Part shown: positions 27,427-37,474 of the stretch, piece after piece | How the letters are laid out: each line of letters opens with the position of its first letter | How positions within the stretch are numbered: the stretch's first letter is position 1 | Origin: Candidatus Latescibacterota bacterium | GTDB taxonomy: Bacteria; Latescibacterota; UBA2968; UBA8231 | Length of the DNA stretch: 64,000 nt | NCBI GenBank assembly: GCA_965261395.1 | Contig: OZ253462.1 | Span: 4,576,001-4,640,000, forward strand | Direction of reading: 5' to 3' | The notes under the pieces: generated by a model | Database searches by the model: none | What the model saw: the letters and a program-made list of their open reading frames with translations, nothing else | What the model was told of the DNA's origin: nothing | Position numbers and translations under genes: made by a program

Positions 27427-29109
27427 CTACTCCCCAAACAACGCCGCCACGTCCCGCTCCACCTTTTCCCGCCGCTCCTCGGCTGGCAGGTCGTCCATGC
27501 TGCCCATCGCGCTGTAGAACTGGGCGTCGTAGTCACGGGTCTTGATCACCACCGGCATGGGTACGGCGTGGCCGAGGATCAGGGCCTGCTGTTTGGAGTC
27601 GAGGCTGGCCAGCACGCTGCGCAGCCCTTCGGTGCCGCTGACGCCGGTGAGCACGGCTTGAATGTCCTTCTCGTCGTTGAGCAGGGCCGTGATGCGGGTG
27701 CCGATCTGCGAGAGCACCTCGTCGTCAATGCTCGACGGCCGCTGATCGACCACCAACAGCGAGACATAGTACTTGCGCATCTCGCGGGCAATGGTGCCGA
27801 AGATGGTCTGCTTCGCCGCCATGGGGTTGAGGAATTTGTGCGCCTCCTCAATGGTGATCATGAGTTGACGTGGCTGGTCTTCGGCGCGCTGGGTGGCGTA
27901 GAAACGCTCGCTCTTTTTGACGTACATCTCGTGGATGCGCCGCGCGATGATGTTGGCGACCAGCAAATAGCACAGCATACTCGTCTGCTGCCCGAACTCC
28001 AGCACCACGTTGATCCCCTTGTCGAGGTATTCCATGATGCGGTCCACCACGTCGCCGCCCTTGAGCTTGGAGACCATAAAGGGAAAGTTCTCAAGCCGTT
28101 TGAGCTTGCGATGCAGAGCCACTAAAGACCCGGCGTGGGCACCGATCTCGCGGGCAAATTCTTCTACATCCGGGCCTTCCAACTTCAGGAGCGTACTCAG
28201 CCAGCGCTCCTTGTAAATCGCGTACACCAAGTAGGCCGACTCCACGGCCGTGGGGTTGAGCTTGAGCTCGTCTTGCAGCGGGGCAATGTCTTCGACTGTG
28301 ATCTGGTCGTAGGAGATATAGACCTCGTGGTCCGGCTGCACGCCGCGGGCGCGGGTCGATTGCGGGTCCAAGGAAAAAATCGCCACCCGCTCGCCGAAAA
28401 GCTGCTTGAGGCCCTTGACGAAGGTCGTGGTGGAGCCGTTTTCCTTCATGGCCTTAAACCCGTACTCGTTGTGCATGTCGAAGATCAGGTTGACGGCCTT
28501 GTCGTAGTGAATCAGCCCGCACAGCACCAGCCGCGTCAGGAAGGACTTGCCCGTGCCGGTCTTGCCGAAGATGCCGTTGGAGCGCTCGGCAAAGCGGATC
28601 ATGTCGAGGCAGACCTGCGTGTCCATGTCGAGTGGGTGGCCGATGCTGAAGTAGCGGCCCTCGGCGTCGCCCTCGCTGCCGAATATCTTGGCCACGTCTT
28701 CGGCCATGGCCTCTTGGACCTCGGAGAAGTGGCTCGGAATGGCCTTGACCGGACGCGGGCCTTCTTCGGCTGTCGCGTCCTTGGACATCATCAGCATGGG
28801 CCGCAGCGAGACGATGTTGTACGTGCTGGTGCCGGCGAGCACTTGGCGCAGCAGCGCATCTTCTTGGCCCGGAGGATGCAGGAGAACCTCTTGGTTGTTG
28901 GCGTCGAGGCGCATGTCGGTGACCATGGAGAAAAAGTCGTTTTTGTCGCCCTCGATGACCACGAACTTGCCGGCCTTCATATCCTCGACGTTCTGCTCGG
29001 GGTCCAGCTTCATCTCCACCCCCTCGACCAGCGAGCCTTTGGTAATCACTCCGATCTGCTGGCCGCGACCGGCCGCGGCTGGCACTCCGTTGCGCGCGTA
29101 TTTTGCCAT
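27427..29109 (-). CDS. herA: HerA-like ATPase (DUF87)
   Basis: GKTGTGKS, FDMHNEY, IEEAH, REMRK, DQRPS. Confidence 0.88.
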   Translation of the reverse strand: MAKYARNGVPAAAGRGQQIGVITKGSLVEGVEMKLDPEQNVEDMKAGKFVVIEGDKNDFFSMVTDMRLDANNQEVLLHPPGQEDALLRQVLAGTSTYNIVSLRPMLMMSKDATAEEGPRPVKAIPSHFSEVQEAMAEDVAKIFGSEGDAEGRYFSIGHPLDMDTQVCLDMIRFAERSNGIFGKTGTGKSFLTRLVLCGLIHYDKAVNLIFDMHNEYGFKAMKENGSTTTFVKGLKQLFGERVAIFSLDPQSTRARGVQPDHEVYISYDQITVEDIAPLQDELKLNPTAVESAYLVYAIYKERWLSTLLKLEGPDVEEFAREIGAHAGSLVALHRKLKRLENFPFMVSKLKGGDVVDRIMEYLDKGINVVLEFGQQTSMLCYLLVANIIARRIHEMYVKKSERFYATQRAEDQPRQLMITIEEAHKFLNPMAAKQTIFGTIAREMRKYYVSLLVVDQRPSSIDDEVLSQIGTRITALLNDEKDIQAVLTGVSGTEGLRSVLASLDSKQQALILGHAVPMPVVIKTRDYDAQFYSAMGSMDDLPAEERREKVERDVAALFGE

Positions 29110-29111
29110 CG

Positions 29112-29768
29112 TCAGTTGACCACCCGTCGGATAACTGAGCTGAGCCGGTCGTAGTCGTCGCTGAGGAGCCGCGACAGCTCCTTGCCTATCTGCACCAAGT
29201 AGGACGGCGCGTGTCCATGGGCGCGCACCGCGTGGCGCAACACCGCGATTACCAGCTCATCAGTGGGTACTTTGGAGGTATTGAGGATGCTGCGTAGATA
29301 GTCGTCGGTGCGGGTGAAGGCTCGCACTTGCTCGTCTGAGCACAAGTACATAAAACTATGGATGCGGGCCGGCTGCGGCGGCAAGATTTGCACGGACTCG
29401 TCGCCGTCCAAATAGCCGATGACGAGGGCTTGGAACTCAGTGCGCAACAGCTCGAAAATTTGCGGCTGCTCTAGGCGCAGTTCCGCTTCGGTCTTGCCGT
29501 AGGCCGTGGGCCGGCGGTTCGCCTCGATGGAGTGCGTGAAGACGTTGAATACAATGCCGACCACCGGCATCGCGGCCTCCACGCGGACGAACTGACCAAA
29601 GGAAGGCGCGCCGTGCAGCTCGCGCGCTTGGGCAATCAACTCGGTGGTGCTGCTTTCGACGACTTCGCCCACGTGGGTTCGCTCGTCCTCAGCGTCTCCA
29701 GGCAGTGGCAGGGACTCGGGCAGGAAGCGGCTCAGCGGGCTGCGCTCGCGCTCTTTGATAGTCTCCAC
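29112..29768 (-). CDS. HAS-barrel domain protein
   Basis: VGEVVESST, PSFGQFV, PPQPARIH; lies between nurA and herA. Confidence 0.75.
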   Translation of the reverse strand: METIKERERSPLSRFLPESLPLPGDAEDERTHVGEVVESSTTELIAQARELHGAPSFGQFVRVEAAMPVVGIVFNVFTHSIEANRRPTAYGKTEAELRLEQPQIFELLRTEFQALVIGYLDGDESVQILPPQPARIHSFMYLCSDEQVRAFTRTDDYLRSILNTSKVPTDELVIAVLRHAVRAHGHAPSYLVQIGKELSRLLSDDYDRLSSVIRRVVN

Positions 29769-29780
29769 AGTGGGCCTCCC

Positions 29781-31016
29781 CTAAACGCCGGTGTAGCGCT
29801 TCTTGAAACTCTTGGTTGACAAGCGGGTTTGCAGGTCGTTTTTGACAAAGGTATCGCGCAAAAAGCGATAGAATGACTCGCGGTCCGCGCTGCGCACCAC
29901 AGCGCGTTCGTGCGCCTCGGCCAAGGCGACCGGATAGCCCTGGCCCTTTTCGGCTTGGTCGCACAGACAGGCATGGACCAAATCGAGCAACTCGCGGTCC
30001 GCCGCCACCCATTCCGGGACTTCGACCCGGCCGATCTCGGCCCCTACGTGCAGGTAGAAATAGTAAATGTGATGCGGTCCGTACTCGGAGAGGATCTTGG
30101 ACGCGCTGCGGTAGAGCGGTGTGCGCTGCCCATGGCGGAGCACCCGCCGCATCAAGACCGCGTCGCTCAGCCCCTCAATGGGGCTACAAGGCAAGCCACG
30201 GCCCTGCCACAAGTCCCCTTGCAAAGCGTCGATTTCTTCGCGGCTGAAGCGGAGCTGGTTTTCTTCTTGATAAGGGCAGCGGTCGCAGTCGGCCGCGGCA
30301 AGCGGGCACAGGCCCAATTTGAGGGCGTTGATCAATTCTTGGCTCCCCGGCTGGCTGATGTAACCAGCCACCGGCACCCGCGCCTCGCGCAACCCGTCCA
30401 TCGCCGCCAAGGTGGCCTCTAGGTGCGCGGCGCGGAAGTCTTGCGGCTTGCCCTCCAAGTTCCACAGAATCAGCGTGCCGTCGGAAAGCGCCAGCGTCCG
30501 ATGCCCCTCAGCGTGGGCTGCCAAGGCCAAATCGGCCAATTCGGTGAACTCCATCAGGCCGCGCTTGAAACCGACGAGCTCGCGATTGACAAAAATCCGC
30601 GCCCCACCCCACTCCTCGTAGATTTCCTCCTCGCGGTAGTAGAGCCGCGGCTTGCTGCTCATCAGCGGCTTCTCACCGGTGCCGTAGTGCAGCAGGATGT
30701 AGCCGATATTGATCAGAAAACAGGCCGAAATCTCGTGGCGGTCGGGGAAAATTTGCGAGCCATCCGTAGCGGCGATGCTGATGGTGCTCGGGCGGTCAGG
30801 CGGGTCAATCCCGCCGCCGAAGCCCTCGCTCAAGCCGGGCAACAGCCAAGAGGTGCGGCTCTCGTCGATCTTGCGGGCCAAGCGCTCCCACTCGGGCAGC
30901 CAGCGCCGGTATTGGGCCAAGGCCAATTCGAGCTTGGCGCGAAAGTCCTCTTGAACGCGGCGCTCGTCGGCCACCATGCTGTCTATTTGGGTCTTGACCG
31001 AATAGAGATCTAACAT
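29781..31016 (-). CDS. nurA: NurA-family nuclease
   Basis: ATDGSQI, SDGTL, RVEVPEW, GYPVALAEAHERAVV. Confidence 0.9.
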   Translation of the reverse strand: MLDLYSVKTQIDSMVADERRVQEDFRAKLELALAQYRRWLPEWERLARKIDESRTSWLLPGLSEGFGGGIDPPDRPSTISIAATDGSQIFPDRHEISACFLINIGYILLHYGTGEKPLMSSKPRLYYREEEIYEEWGGARIFVNRELVGFKRGLMEFTELADLALAAHAEGHRTLALSDGTLILWNLEGKPQDFRAAHLEATLAAMDGLREARVPVAGYISQPGSQELINALKLGLCPLAAADCDRCPYQEENQLRFSREEIDALQGDLWQGRGLPCSPIEGLSDAVLMRRVLRHGQRTPLYRSASKILSEYGPHHIYYFYLHVGAEIGRVEVPEWVAADRELLDLVHACLCDQAEKGQGYPVALAEAHERAVVRSADRESFYRFLRDTFVKNDLQTRLSTKSFKKRYTGV

Positions 31017-31067
31017 GGCATTAGCTTTGCGGGCAGCCCTGGACCGGCCCCGTCGGGATGCGCGCAT

Positions 31068-31742
31068 TTATTCGGCCTCTTCCCACGTTTCGCCCCCATC
31101 AATCGAAAAGCGCGTGTGCTTGCGCCAAGCCGCCCAGTCATCGGCGGCGCGGACCAAGTCGGCGGTAGCAGTCGCAGCGATGTACTGGCCCACCTCGCCG
31201 CTGCCGTCGGGCCGGTTGGTTTCAATGCGGATTTCGTCGAACTCGACGCGGCCCTGCAACAGCTCGGCCGCGCCGCGCTGCACGGCAAAGGCGCGCCGCT
31301 CCCAAGCCTCGCGCTCGATGTCGCGGACGCGGAACCGCAGCCATAGCCGACCGAAATCCTCGTCCAGCCCCACCCCGTAGAACACTCCATAGCGGTCGTT
31401 GACCAGCTCTTTGATCCGGGGGCGTTCGTCTTGGAGCGGTGGGATCGGCTCTTCCTTCGTTCCGTCGCGGTCTTCCTCCTCGGAGACATAGCCTTCCAAT
31501 GAAGGCCCCCAAACCCAGCCTTCCACGCGGAAACGCACCCAACGGCCCTCCTCGCCGATGGATTCGATCTCCGTGCCAGCCAGCAACGTGCCCAGCTTGG
31601 TGCCGTTGGGCGCGTCGCGAAAGTTTTCCACGCTAGCCTCAACGACGAAGGTGGGGGCACTGCGCAGCTTGGCCGCCACGGCTCCTAAAGCCAAGGCGGC
31701 GGCCAAGGCCGCGCCTAAGGAGCATTTAGACAATCGAGACAT
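31068..31742 (-). CDS. Secreted SH3-like domain protein
   Basis: Signal peptide; ENFRDAPNG..LG...WVRFRVEGWVW. Confidence 0.65.
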   Translation of the reverse strand: MSRLSKCSLGAALAAALALGAVAAKLRSAPTFVVEASVENFRDAPNGTKLGTLLAGTEIESIGEEGRWVRFRVEGWVWGPSLEGYVSEEEDRDGTKEEPIPPLQDERPRIKELVNDRYGVFYGVGLDEDFGRLWLRFRVRDIEREAWERRAFAVQRGAAELLQGRVEFDEIRIETNRPDGSGEVGQYIAATATADLVRAADDWAAWRKHTRFSIDGGETWEEAE

Positions 31743-32337
31743 AGTAGAATTGCCGTCCGCCGCCGGCGACCGACCCATCGCGCAAGCGGCACACCAATCC
31801 GAGGCGTTGCAGGGCGTTGAGGCGATTGCAGACGATGTTGATGTTTTTGCCGAGCGCGTCGGAGATCTCGGCCGAGGTCGCGCACTTGTGGGCTAGCAGC
31901 ACGTCGAGCACTTCGCGCATCGGCGTCTTGATTACCCCGAGCACCTCGACGTGATCGCCGTCTTTGTACAGCGCAGCCAACTCGCGGAGCTGCAACACGG
32001 CCGCGATGGTCTCGCGCACCGAGATATTAGCCCCGGCGATATAGACGTAGCGGTGCCCTATCTCGCCGCTAGCCAAGCGCAAGAGCAGCTTGTTGAGCAT
32101 CTCGTCGGCGCACGAGACATCCATAAAAGAAACGCGGGAAAAGTCGAGCGGCGTAGCCGAGTCGGCCGGGCCGCTGAGCAGGTGCTGCATCAATTCTTCA
32201 AGCAGCTCGGCCCCGCGAGGCCGCCCGCTGAGTATGCCCTGTTCGCGGGCGAAAAGGTACGCGGGGGCTTGATATATGGCCTGTTGTTGTACGCGCTCTT
32301 CAACGGCTGAATCCATGAGCCGCGCCTTTCCTGTCAT
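31726..32337 (-). CDS. STAS-like (DUF4325-like) plus winged-HTH protein
   Basis: LDFSRVSFMDVSCADE; C-terminal TSAEISDALG..NIVCNRLNALQRLGLV. Confidence 0.7.
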   Translation of the reverse strand: MTGKARLMDSAVEERVQQQAIYQAPAYLFAREQGILSGRPRGAELLEELMQHLLSGPADSATPLDFSRVSFMDVSCADEMLNKLLLRLASGEIGHRYVYIAGANISVRETIAAVLQLRELAALYKDGDHVEVLGVIKTPMREVLDVLLAHKCATSAEISDALGKNINIVCNRLNALQRLGLVCRLRDGSVAGGGRQFYYVSIV

Positions 32338-32369
32338 TAAAAAACAGCTTAACTGTATCCAATTAAAGA

Positions 32370-32398
32370 AACTTACGCGGGGATTTCCCGGCTGTCAA
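32370..32398 (-). promoter_or_regulatory. Sigma-70 promoter
   Basis: Minus strand TTGACA-N17-TAAGTT upstream of 32337. Confidence 0.5.
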
Positions 32399-32593
32399 GC
32401 AAATTCTACCACAAAATGAGCGATGCGGAATTGGATGGATACCAATATGATGGGGCTAGAGGCCGGGAAACAAAAAGCCCACGGCTACGTATGCGGCCAC
32501 GGCGAGGCTGGCGATGACCACTGCTAGGGCCAATAGCAACCAAGGCTCGTAGCGGGGCGGTTTGGGAGGTCTGTGATGCTGGCCGAACATCGC

Positions 32594-33475
32594 TTACTCG
32601 CCGCCTTCCCGCTGGTAGAGTGCGATGGCAATCTGAGTGCCGGGAAAGTGGACCGAAGCGTGTTCCCAGTGTCGCCGACCGCGAATATAGACCCGCGTAT
32701 CCCCCGAGCGGATGTGCAACGAGCCGTTGTAGCGATCGCAGATCTGATTGACGATATACAGCCCGAGGCCGCGGGTCGCGTCGCGGGAAAAGTGCTTCCG
32801 CAACGAGTTGAGGATGGCCGTGCCGTGCGACCAATCCGCCGCGTCGTAGCGCACCGACAAGCTCTTCTTGATCCCGATCCCGAGGTCCCCCACTCCGATG
32901 ACCACGTATTTCTTTCCGACCCGCGAGTCCAAGTAGCGCTGGGCTGTGAGGTAGCCCCAATTCTCGCTGTGATCGAGAATGTTGTGGCACAGCTCGGCGA
33001 CGACGTTTTTGAACTGGTTGATCTCCACTTCGGTGTAGCGCAGTTCCTCGGCCAGAATCGCCTCGACGCGCTGGCCGATCTTGCCCAACACGGTCTCGAT
33101 ATCCGCCCGCTCCTCAATCCGCGTGATTTCAAGCAGGGCCTCGCTCTCTTCCTTTTCCCGCTCCTGATCTACGATGAGCGTCGGTCCGGCCAGCTCAACC
33201 CCATCCACGGCCGCGGCGAAGCGCACCCTTCCCAGATAGGTGCGCAGTGCAAAGGCTTCGGGCAAGTGAAAGACGACCCGCGACGAGAGCGCGTCCCCGT
33301 AGCGCGCCATCAAGCACAAAGCCACCAAGCCGTAGGGGTCAATAAAGTGCAGGGGACGCAAATCGACCTCCAAGGGCTGCCCGGGCACGGCCCCGTGCGC
33401 GTAGTCAAGAAATTCTACGAGGAATTCGTCGGCTGTGCGCGGCGTCAGCTTGTCTGTTGGCAGGGCTAGGATCAC
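32594..33475 (-). CDS. STAS-like plus HATPase (anti-sigma/Ser kinase-like) protein
   Basis: VDLRPLHFIDP; ELCHNILDH (N box), DLGIGI (G1), GLGL (G2), GTQI. Confidence 0.75.
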   Translation of the reverse strand: MILALPTDKLTPRTADEFLVEFLDYAHGAVPGQPLEVDLRPLHFIDPYGLVALCLMARYGDALSSRVVFHLPEAFALRTYLGRVRFAAAVDGVELAGPTLIVDQEREKEESEALLEITRIEERADIETVLGKIGQRVEAILAEELRYTEVEINQFKNVVAELCHNILDHSENWGYLTAQRYLDSRVGKKYVVIGVGDLGIGIKKSLSVRYDAADWSHGTAILNSLRKHFSRDATRGLGLYIVNQICDRYNGSLHIRSGDTRVYIRGRRHWEHASVHFPGTQIAIALYQREGGE

Positions 33476-33593
33476 GGCTGGCGTACTCTCCTTGCTTTAG
33501 GAAACAAAAATATACGCACTCGCTCGCACCTGCGCTCAAGGCACTTCCAGAAGCTATCTCATACCCTTGAATCCAGCCCCGCCGGCGAGCCAT

Positions 33594-34355
33594 TCATTGG
33601 TGGTGCGCCTCCTCCACTGGCGGCACTGGGGCGATCTCATGCGCCACCGAAAACGCAAACGAGGCGCTCGTCACCTCCTTGGGGCGGTCAAAAGCATCTA
33701 CCCGCAAGACCATATTTTCGATATCAACGGTGATCGCTCGCACCTCTGCGTGCAGCGGTGCAAAGACCACCTTGCCAGTATAGGCGTCCCCTTTAAACAC
33801 AAAGGTGTGCCGCCTGAACAACGCCTCCCGCACCAAGCCCATGCGTTCCTGATAGTAGTAGTCTTCATTCCCACCTTTGCCGCGCCGCTCCATGTAGTAG
33901 TGCTCAAAACTGTTGTCCGCATCGCGCTTGAGCACACCCCAGTATCTGTACTCGCCACCTCGGTCTGTACGCAGCACCATCTTCGCCGGATCGACCATCA
34001 CCTTGGGATGACTCTGATTGACCACCGTCATCTCAAAGACGGTAAAGCGCAGCGGCGCATAGCCCCGATCCAAGTCGCGGTCCTCTCCGTAGGTAAAGGG
34101 ATTCAGATTCGGCTCGCGGAAGGTAAAACGGGCGTACTCCCGATTCAGGGCCTGATCGCTTAGATAGCGCAGCTTGAGGCGGAACCCCTCCTGCTCGAAG
34201 ACTGTGGTACTATCCTCCGGGTCGAAGTAATAGCGACCATCCTCCAGCAGGCTCTCCTGCGGCACCACGCTCAGCGCGTAGCGCAAATCCGGCGGGAACC
34301 GAATGCAGCCAGCCGCCACAAGCAGCGCAAGCATACTCCATCCCCATGCCCTCAT
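33594..34355 (-). CDS. Hypothetical lipoprotein
   Basis: Lipobox VAAGC; ATGA overlap with the TPR gene. Confidence 0.7.
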   Translation of the reverse strand: MRAWGWSMLALLVAAGCIRFPPDLRYALSVVPQESLLEDGRYYFDPEDSTTVFEQEGFRLKLRYLSDQALNREYARFTFREPNLNPFTYGEDRDLDRGYAPLRFTVFEMTVVNQSHPKVMVDPAKMVLRTDRGGEYRYWGVLKRDADNSFEHYYMERRGKGGNEDYYYQERMGLVREALFRRHTFVFKGDAYTGKVVFAPLHAEVRAITVDIENMVLRVDAFDRPKEVTSASFAFSVAHEIAPVPPVEEAHHQ

Positions 34356-37300
34356 TCTGCGGCCACCTCGCCCAAGTACGTGCGGCCGATCATCTCTCGA
34401 TTGCTGCGGGCAAACTCCAAGGCGCGCCATTCTTCCTTTCTCCCCTCTAAAGCCGCGACAGCCTCCTCGTATGCTATCGCGGCTAGACGCCAATTGTCCA
34501 TCTGGTAATAGGAAACCCCGATATTGCACCGCGCCGCGGCCTCGCTGGGCGTGTTGGGGTAGCGCTCAATCACCTCCTCCAGCACCGCGATGGCCCGCAC
34601 AAACTCGCCCTCGTCGTAGAGCGCCATGCCCTCGCTGTAGAGCGAGTCGGCCTCCGCGTCTGCCAGATAGGCCAACAACTGGCGCGCTTGCACGGCCTCG
34701 GCCGTCTCCGGGAAGCGCTCTACCACTTGCTCGTAGAGCCGCGACGCCTTGAGGAATTGGTGGCCGTTGTAATAGTAATCGCCGATGTGCATCAGCCCCT
34801 GATGGGCGCGTTCGTGCTGGGGATACTGGCGCACCAAGCGCAAAAACAGGTCGCGCATCGGCTCGATGCGCTCCAGCTCCAACTGGCACCAAGCCGCCCC
34901 GTACAGGGCCTCGGGCGCGTCCTTGCTGTCCGGGTAAGAGCCGAAGACCCGCTCGTACCACGCCAGCGCCCGCTCGTACTCGGCCGTCTCGTAGTACAGT
35001 TCCCCGATCAGCAACTCGGCCTCCGGTGCCTGCGGCTGATCGGGATAGTCCGCGACCAACTCCTCAAAGGCCGTCTGCGCGGCCGCCTTCTCGCCCCGCG
35101 CCTGGAGGCTGTGCCCCAAGTAGAACAGAGCAGCGGCCCGCATCGCACGGCGCGGTGCCGTCTCCAAGACCGCGCTGAACGCTCTCTCCGCGGCCTCGTA
35201 ATCGCGCTCGCCCAAGGCCACGCTACCCAGCTCAAAATGGAATTCAGCCGCCTTCTCTGGGGCCGATGTCCGCGCCAACCCCTCTTCCAAAGCCGTCCGC
35301 GCCGCAGCCAAGCTGTCTTGGGCCACCAATGCCCGACCCAGCAGAAGCCACGCGCGGTCTTCGTGCGCCAGCAAGGGCCGAACTTGGGCGGCTGCCTGCG
35401 CGGCCTCACCTTGATCCAAATACCACTGCCCCAGCCCCAACAAGCCCTCGACGTGCGTAGCCTCGTTTTCAACCATCGCCCGATAGACCCGTTCCATGCG
35501 CCCGCTGTCCTCCAAGGTCTGAGCACACGCGCTCATAGCCTGCAACAGGGTGCGCTGCTGGTCGCCAGCCAATGCACCCGCCTGCCAAGCGGTCTCCCAC
35601 TCCTCCCACGCGGCTTCGTACCGCTCGGTCTTGTACAAGCTCCAGCCCAACCCCACTTGCGCCGCGGCCGCCGTAGCTCCCTCCAACTGCGGCAGGGCCT
35701 CGCGCAACAACGGCAGGGCCTGCTCGTGTTCGCCTTGTCTCTGGTACAACAACCCCAACTGCGCGGTAAGCTCGGCATTCGGGGTCTGCGCGATCTGCCG
35801 CGCAATCAGCTCTATGGCCTCATCGGCCTTGCCCGCCTCGACGTGCAGTTGCGCCAGTTCCAACTGGGCGTACGCGTACTGGGGCTGGGTCGGGGCGATG
35901 GACTCCAGCACCCGGCGCGCTTGCTCGCCGCTCCCGGCCTGCCGGTAGCGCCGGCCCAGCACCAGCGCGGCCAATCCGCGCACATCCTCGTCGGTACATT
36001 GGGTCAAGATCTGTTCGTAGAGTGCGTCGCTCTGCTCGTGGCCTAGGCGGGCAATCTCCAACAGGGCGCGGCAGGCCAACTCCGGGGCAGCCTCTCCGGC
36101 CACGACCTGCTCAAACTGCGCTACGGCCGCGGCCGAGTCACCGAGGGCCTGATGGATCGTCCCCTGCCAAAACCGGGCCTCAGCTTCCAAATACGACCCC
36201 ACCTCCCCGTACAGGGCCAGTGCCTCGGCAAACCACACGTCGGCACTGTCGGCGATCGCACTCTCCTCCCCCATCAACCGCAGACACTCGGCCTGGCGGA
36301 ACACGGCTTCGTCCATGGACACCCCGGCCGCATCGACAAACGCCCTATAGGCTGTCAAGTAGAGCCGATGCGCCGCCAGCGCCTCCCGGTAGCGTCCTTC
36401 GTCAAACAGCAAGCTCATCAACCCGGCCTGCATCCGCGCCCGGAACGCCGGCCGCTCGGCCTGCTCGGCTGCATAGCGATACACCTCCAAGCTGGCATCC
36501 ACCCCGTGCGCGGTCTGGGCCAACAGGGCCTGCCGCACCCACGCCTGCTCGGCGAGCTGCGGCTCCTGCGAAAAGTCCCGGCTGACCTTCTTGTACGCGG
36601 CCAGCGCCTCCGCATAGCGGCCCAGCGCCTTGAGCAGATCCCCGCGCTTGATCCAGGCTTGGGCCGCCAGCGTACGCCGCGACTGCCCTTCGCGCAATCC
36701 GGCCAAGGCCACCGCCCGCTTCTCCGCGTCGTCCATACCCGCCGGGTCGTAGGCATCGGCTAACTCCCCAAATACCGCCAGCGCTTCTTCATACCGCTCT
36801 AACGCCTCCAGCGCCAACCCCATCTGCAACCGCGCCCGATCCGCCCGCATCCCCGCTGGCGCGTCCTGCAAATATGCCCCAAAGGACTCCACCGCCTGCG
36901 CGTACTCCTGCTGATAAAACCACGCCCACCCTAGCGTATAGCGCGTCCGCTCGGCATAACGCCCCTTGGGAAACAGGCGCAACAACACCTGACCGGCCGC
37001 GGCTGCCTGCGCGTACTCCTCGGCCTCAAAAAAGCACTCCACCACGAGGTACGCCGCGGTCTCGCGCAATTCAAAGCCCGCCTCATCGCGCAGCACAGCA
37101 AAGCGGTCCGCCGCTTCTTTCAAGGACGCCGTAGCTAGCCCAGCCAGCGAGTCTGCTGCGACCGAATCAGCCAGCGCGGCCTCCTCCTGCAACAACTGCG
37201 CCTGCTTGCGGCCCATGTTGGCCAACTGATAGCGCGCGGCCGCTTGGACGCCCACCGCGTGCTCATCCACGACCACGCGCACCGCCGAGGCGCGCATCAG

Positions 37301-37474
37301 CGCCCCGTCCGACACCGCTAACACGCCCTCGTATATCCGCTGCGCCCCGGCAAAGTCGCCGGTGGCCAAAAGCTTTTGCGCCCGCACAAAGCGCTTGCCC
37401 AAGTCCTCTGGATTGGTCACGAACTGGCTGCCGGCCACCAAGCCGGCCAGCACCAAGGGAAGCCAAATAGCCAT
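34352..37474 (-). CDS. Large secreted TPR-repeat protein
   Basis: Many TPRs with YP turns (BamD/CpoB-like repeats); signal peptide. Confidence 0.88.
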   Translation of the reverse strand: MAIWLPLVLAGLVAGSQFVTNPEDLGKRFVRAQKLLATGDFAGAQRIYEGVLAVSDGALMRASAVRVVVDEHAVGVQAAARYQLANMGRKQAQLLQEEAALADSVAADSLAGLATASLKEAADRFAVLRDEAGFELRETAAYLVVECFFEAEEYAQAAAAGQVLLRLFPKGRYAERTRYTLGWAWFYQQEYAQAVESFGAYLQDAPAGMRADRARLQMGLALEALERYEEALAVFGELADAYDPAGMDDAEKRAVALAGLREGQSRRTLAAQAWIKRGDLLKALGRYAEALAAYKKVSRDFSQEPQLAEQAWVRQALLAQTAHGVDASLEVYRYAAEQAERPAFRARMQAGLMSLLFDEGRYREALAAHRLYLTAYRAFVDAAGVSMDEAVFRQAECLRLMGEESAIADSADVWFAEALALYGEVGSYLEAEARFWQGTIHQALGDSAAAVAQFEQVVAGEAAPELACRALLEIARLGHEQSDALYEQILTQCTDEDVRGLAALVLGRRYRQAGSGEQARRVLESIAPTQPQYAYAQLELAQLHVEAGKADEAIELIARQIAQTPNAELTAQLGLLYQRQGEHEQALPLLREALPQLEGATAAAAQVGLGWSLYKTERYEAAWEEWETAWQAGALAGDQQRTLLQAMSACAQTLEDSGRMERVYRAMVENEATHVEGLLGLGQWYLDQGEAAQAAAQVRPLLAHEDRAWLLLGRALVAQDSLAAARTALEEGLARTSAPEKAAEFHFELGSVALGERDYEAAERAFSAVLETAPRRAMRAAALFYLGHSLQARGEKAAAQTAFEELVADYPDQPQAPEAELLIGELYYETAEYERALAWYERVFGSYPDSKDAPEALYGAAWCQLELERIEPMRDLFLRLVRQYPQHERAHQGLMHIGDYYYNGHQFLKASRLYEQVVERFPETAEAVQARQLLAYLADAEADSLYSEGMALYDEGEFVRAIAVLEEVIERYPNTPSEAAARCNIGVSYYQMDNWRLAAIAYEEAVAALEGRKEEWRALEFARSNREMIGRTYLGEVAAE

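Noticed and set aside
27427-31016. HerA anti-phage system (Sir2-HerA type)
   Set aside because: The partners are NurA and a HAS-barrel protein, the known repair arrangement.
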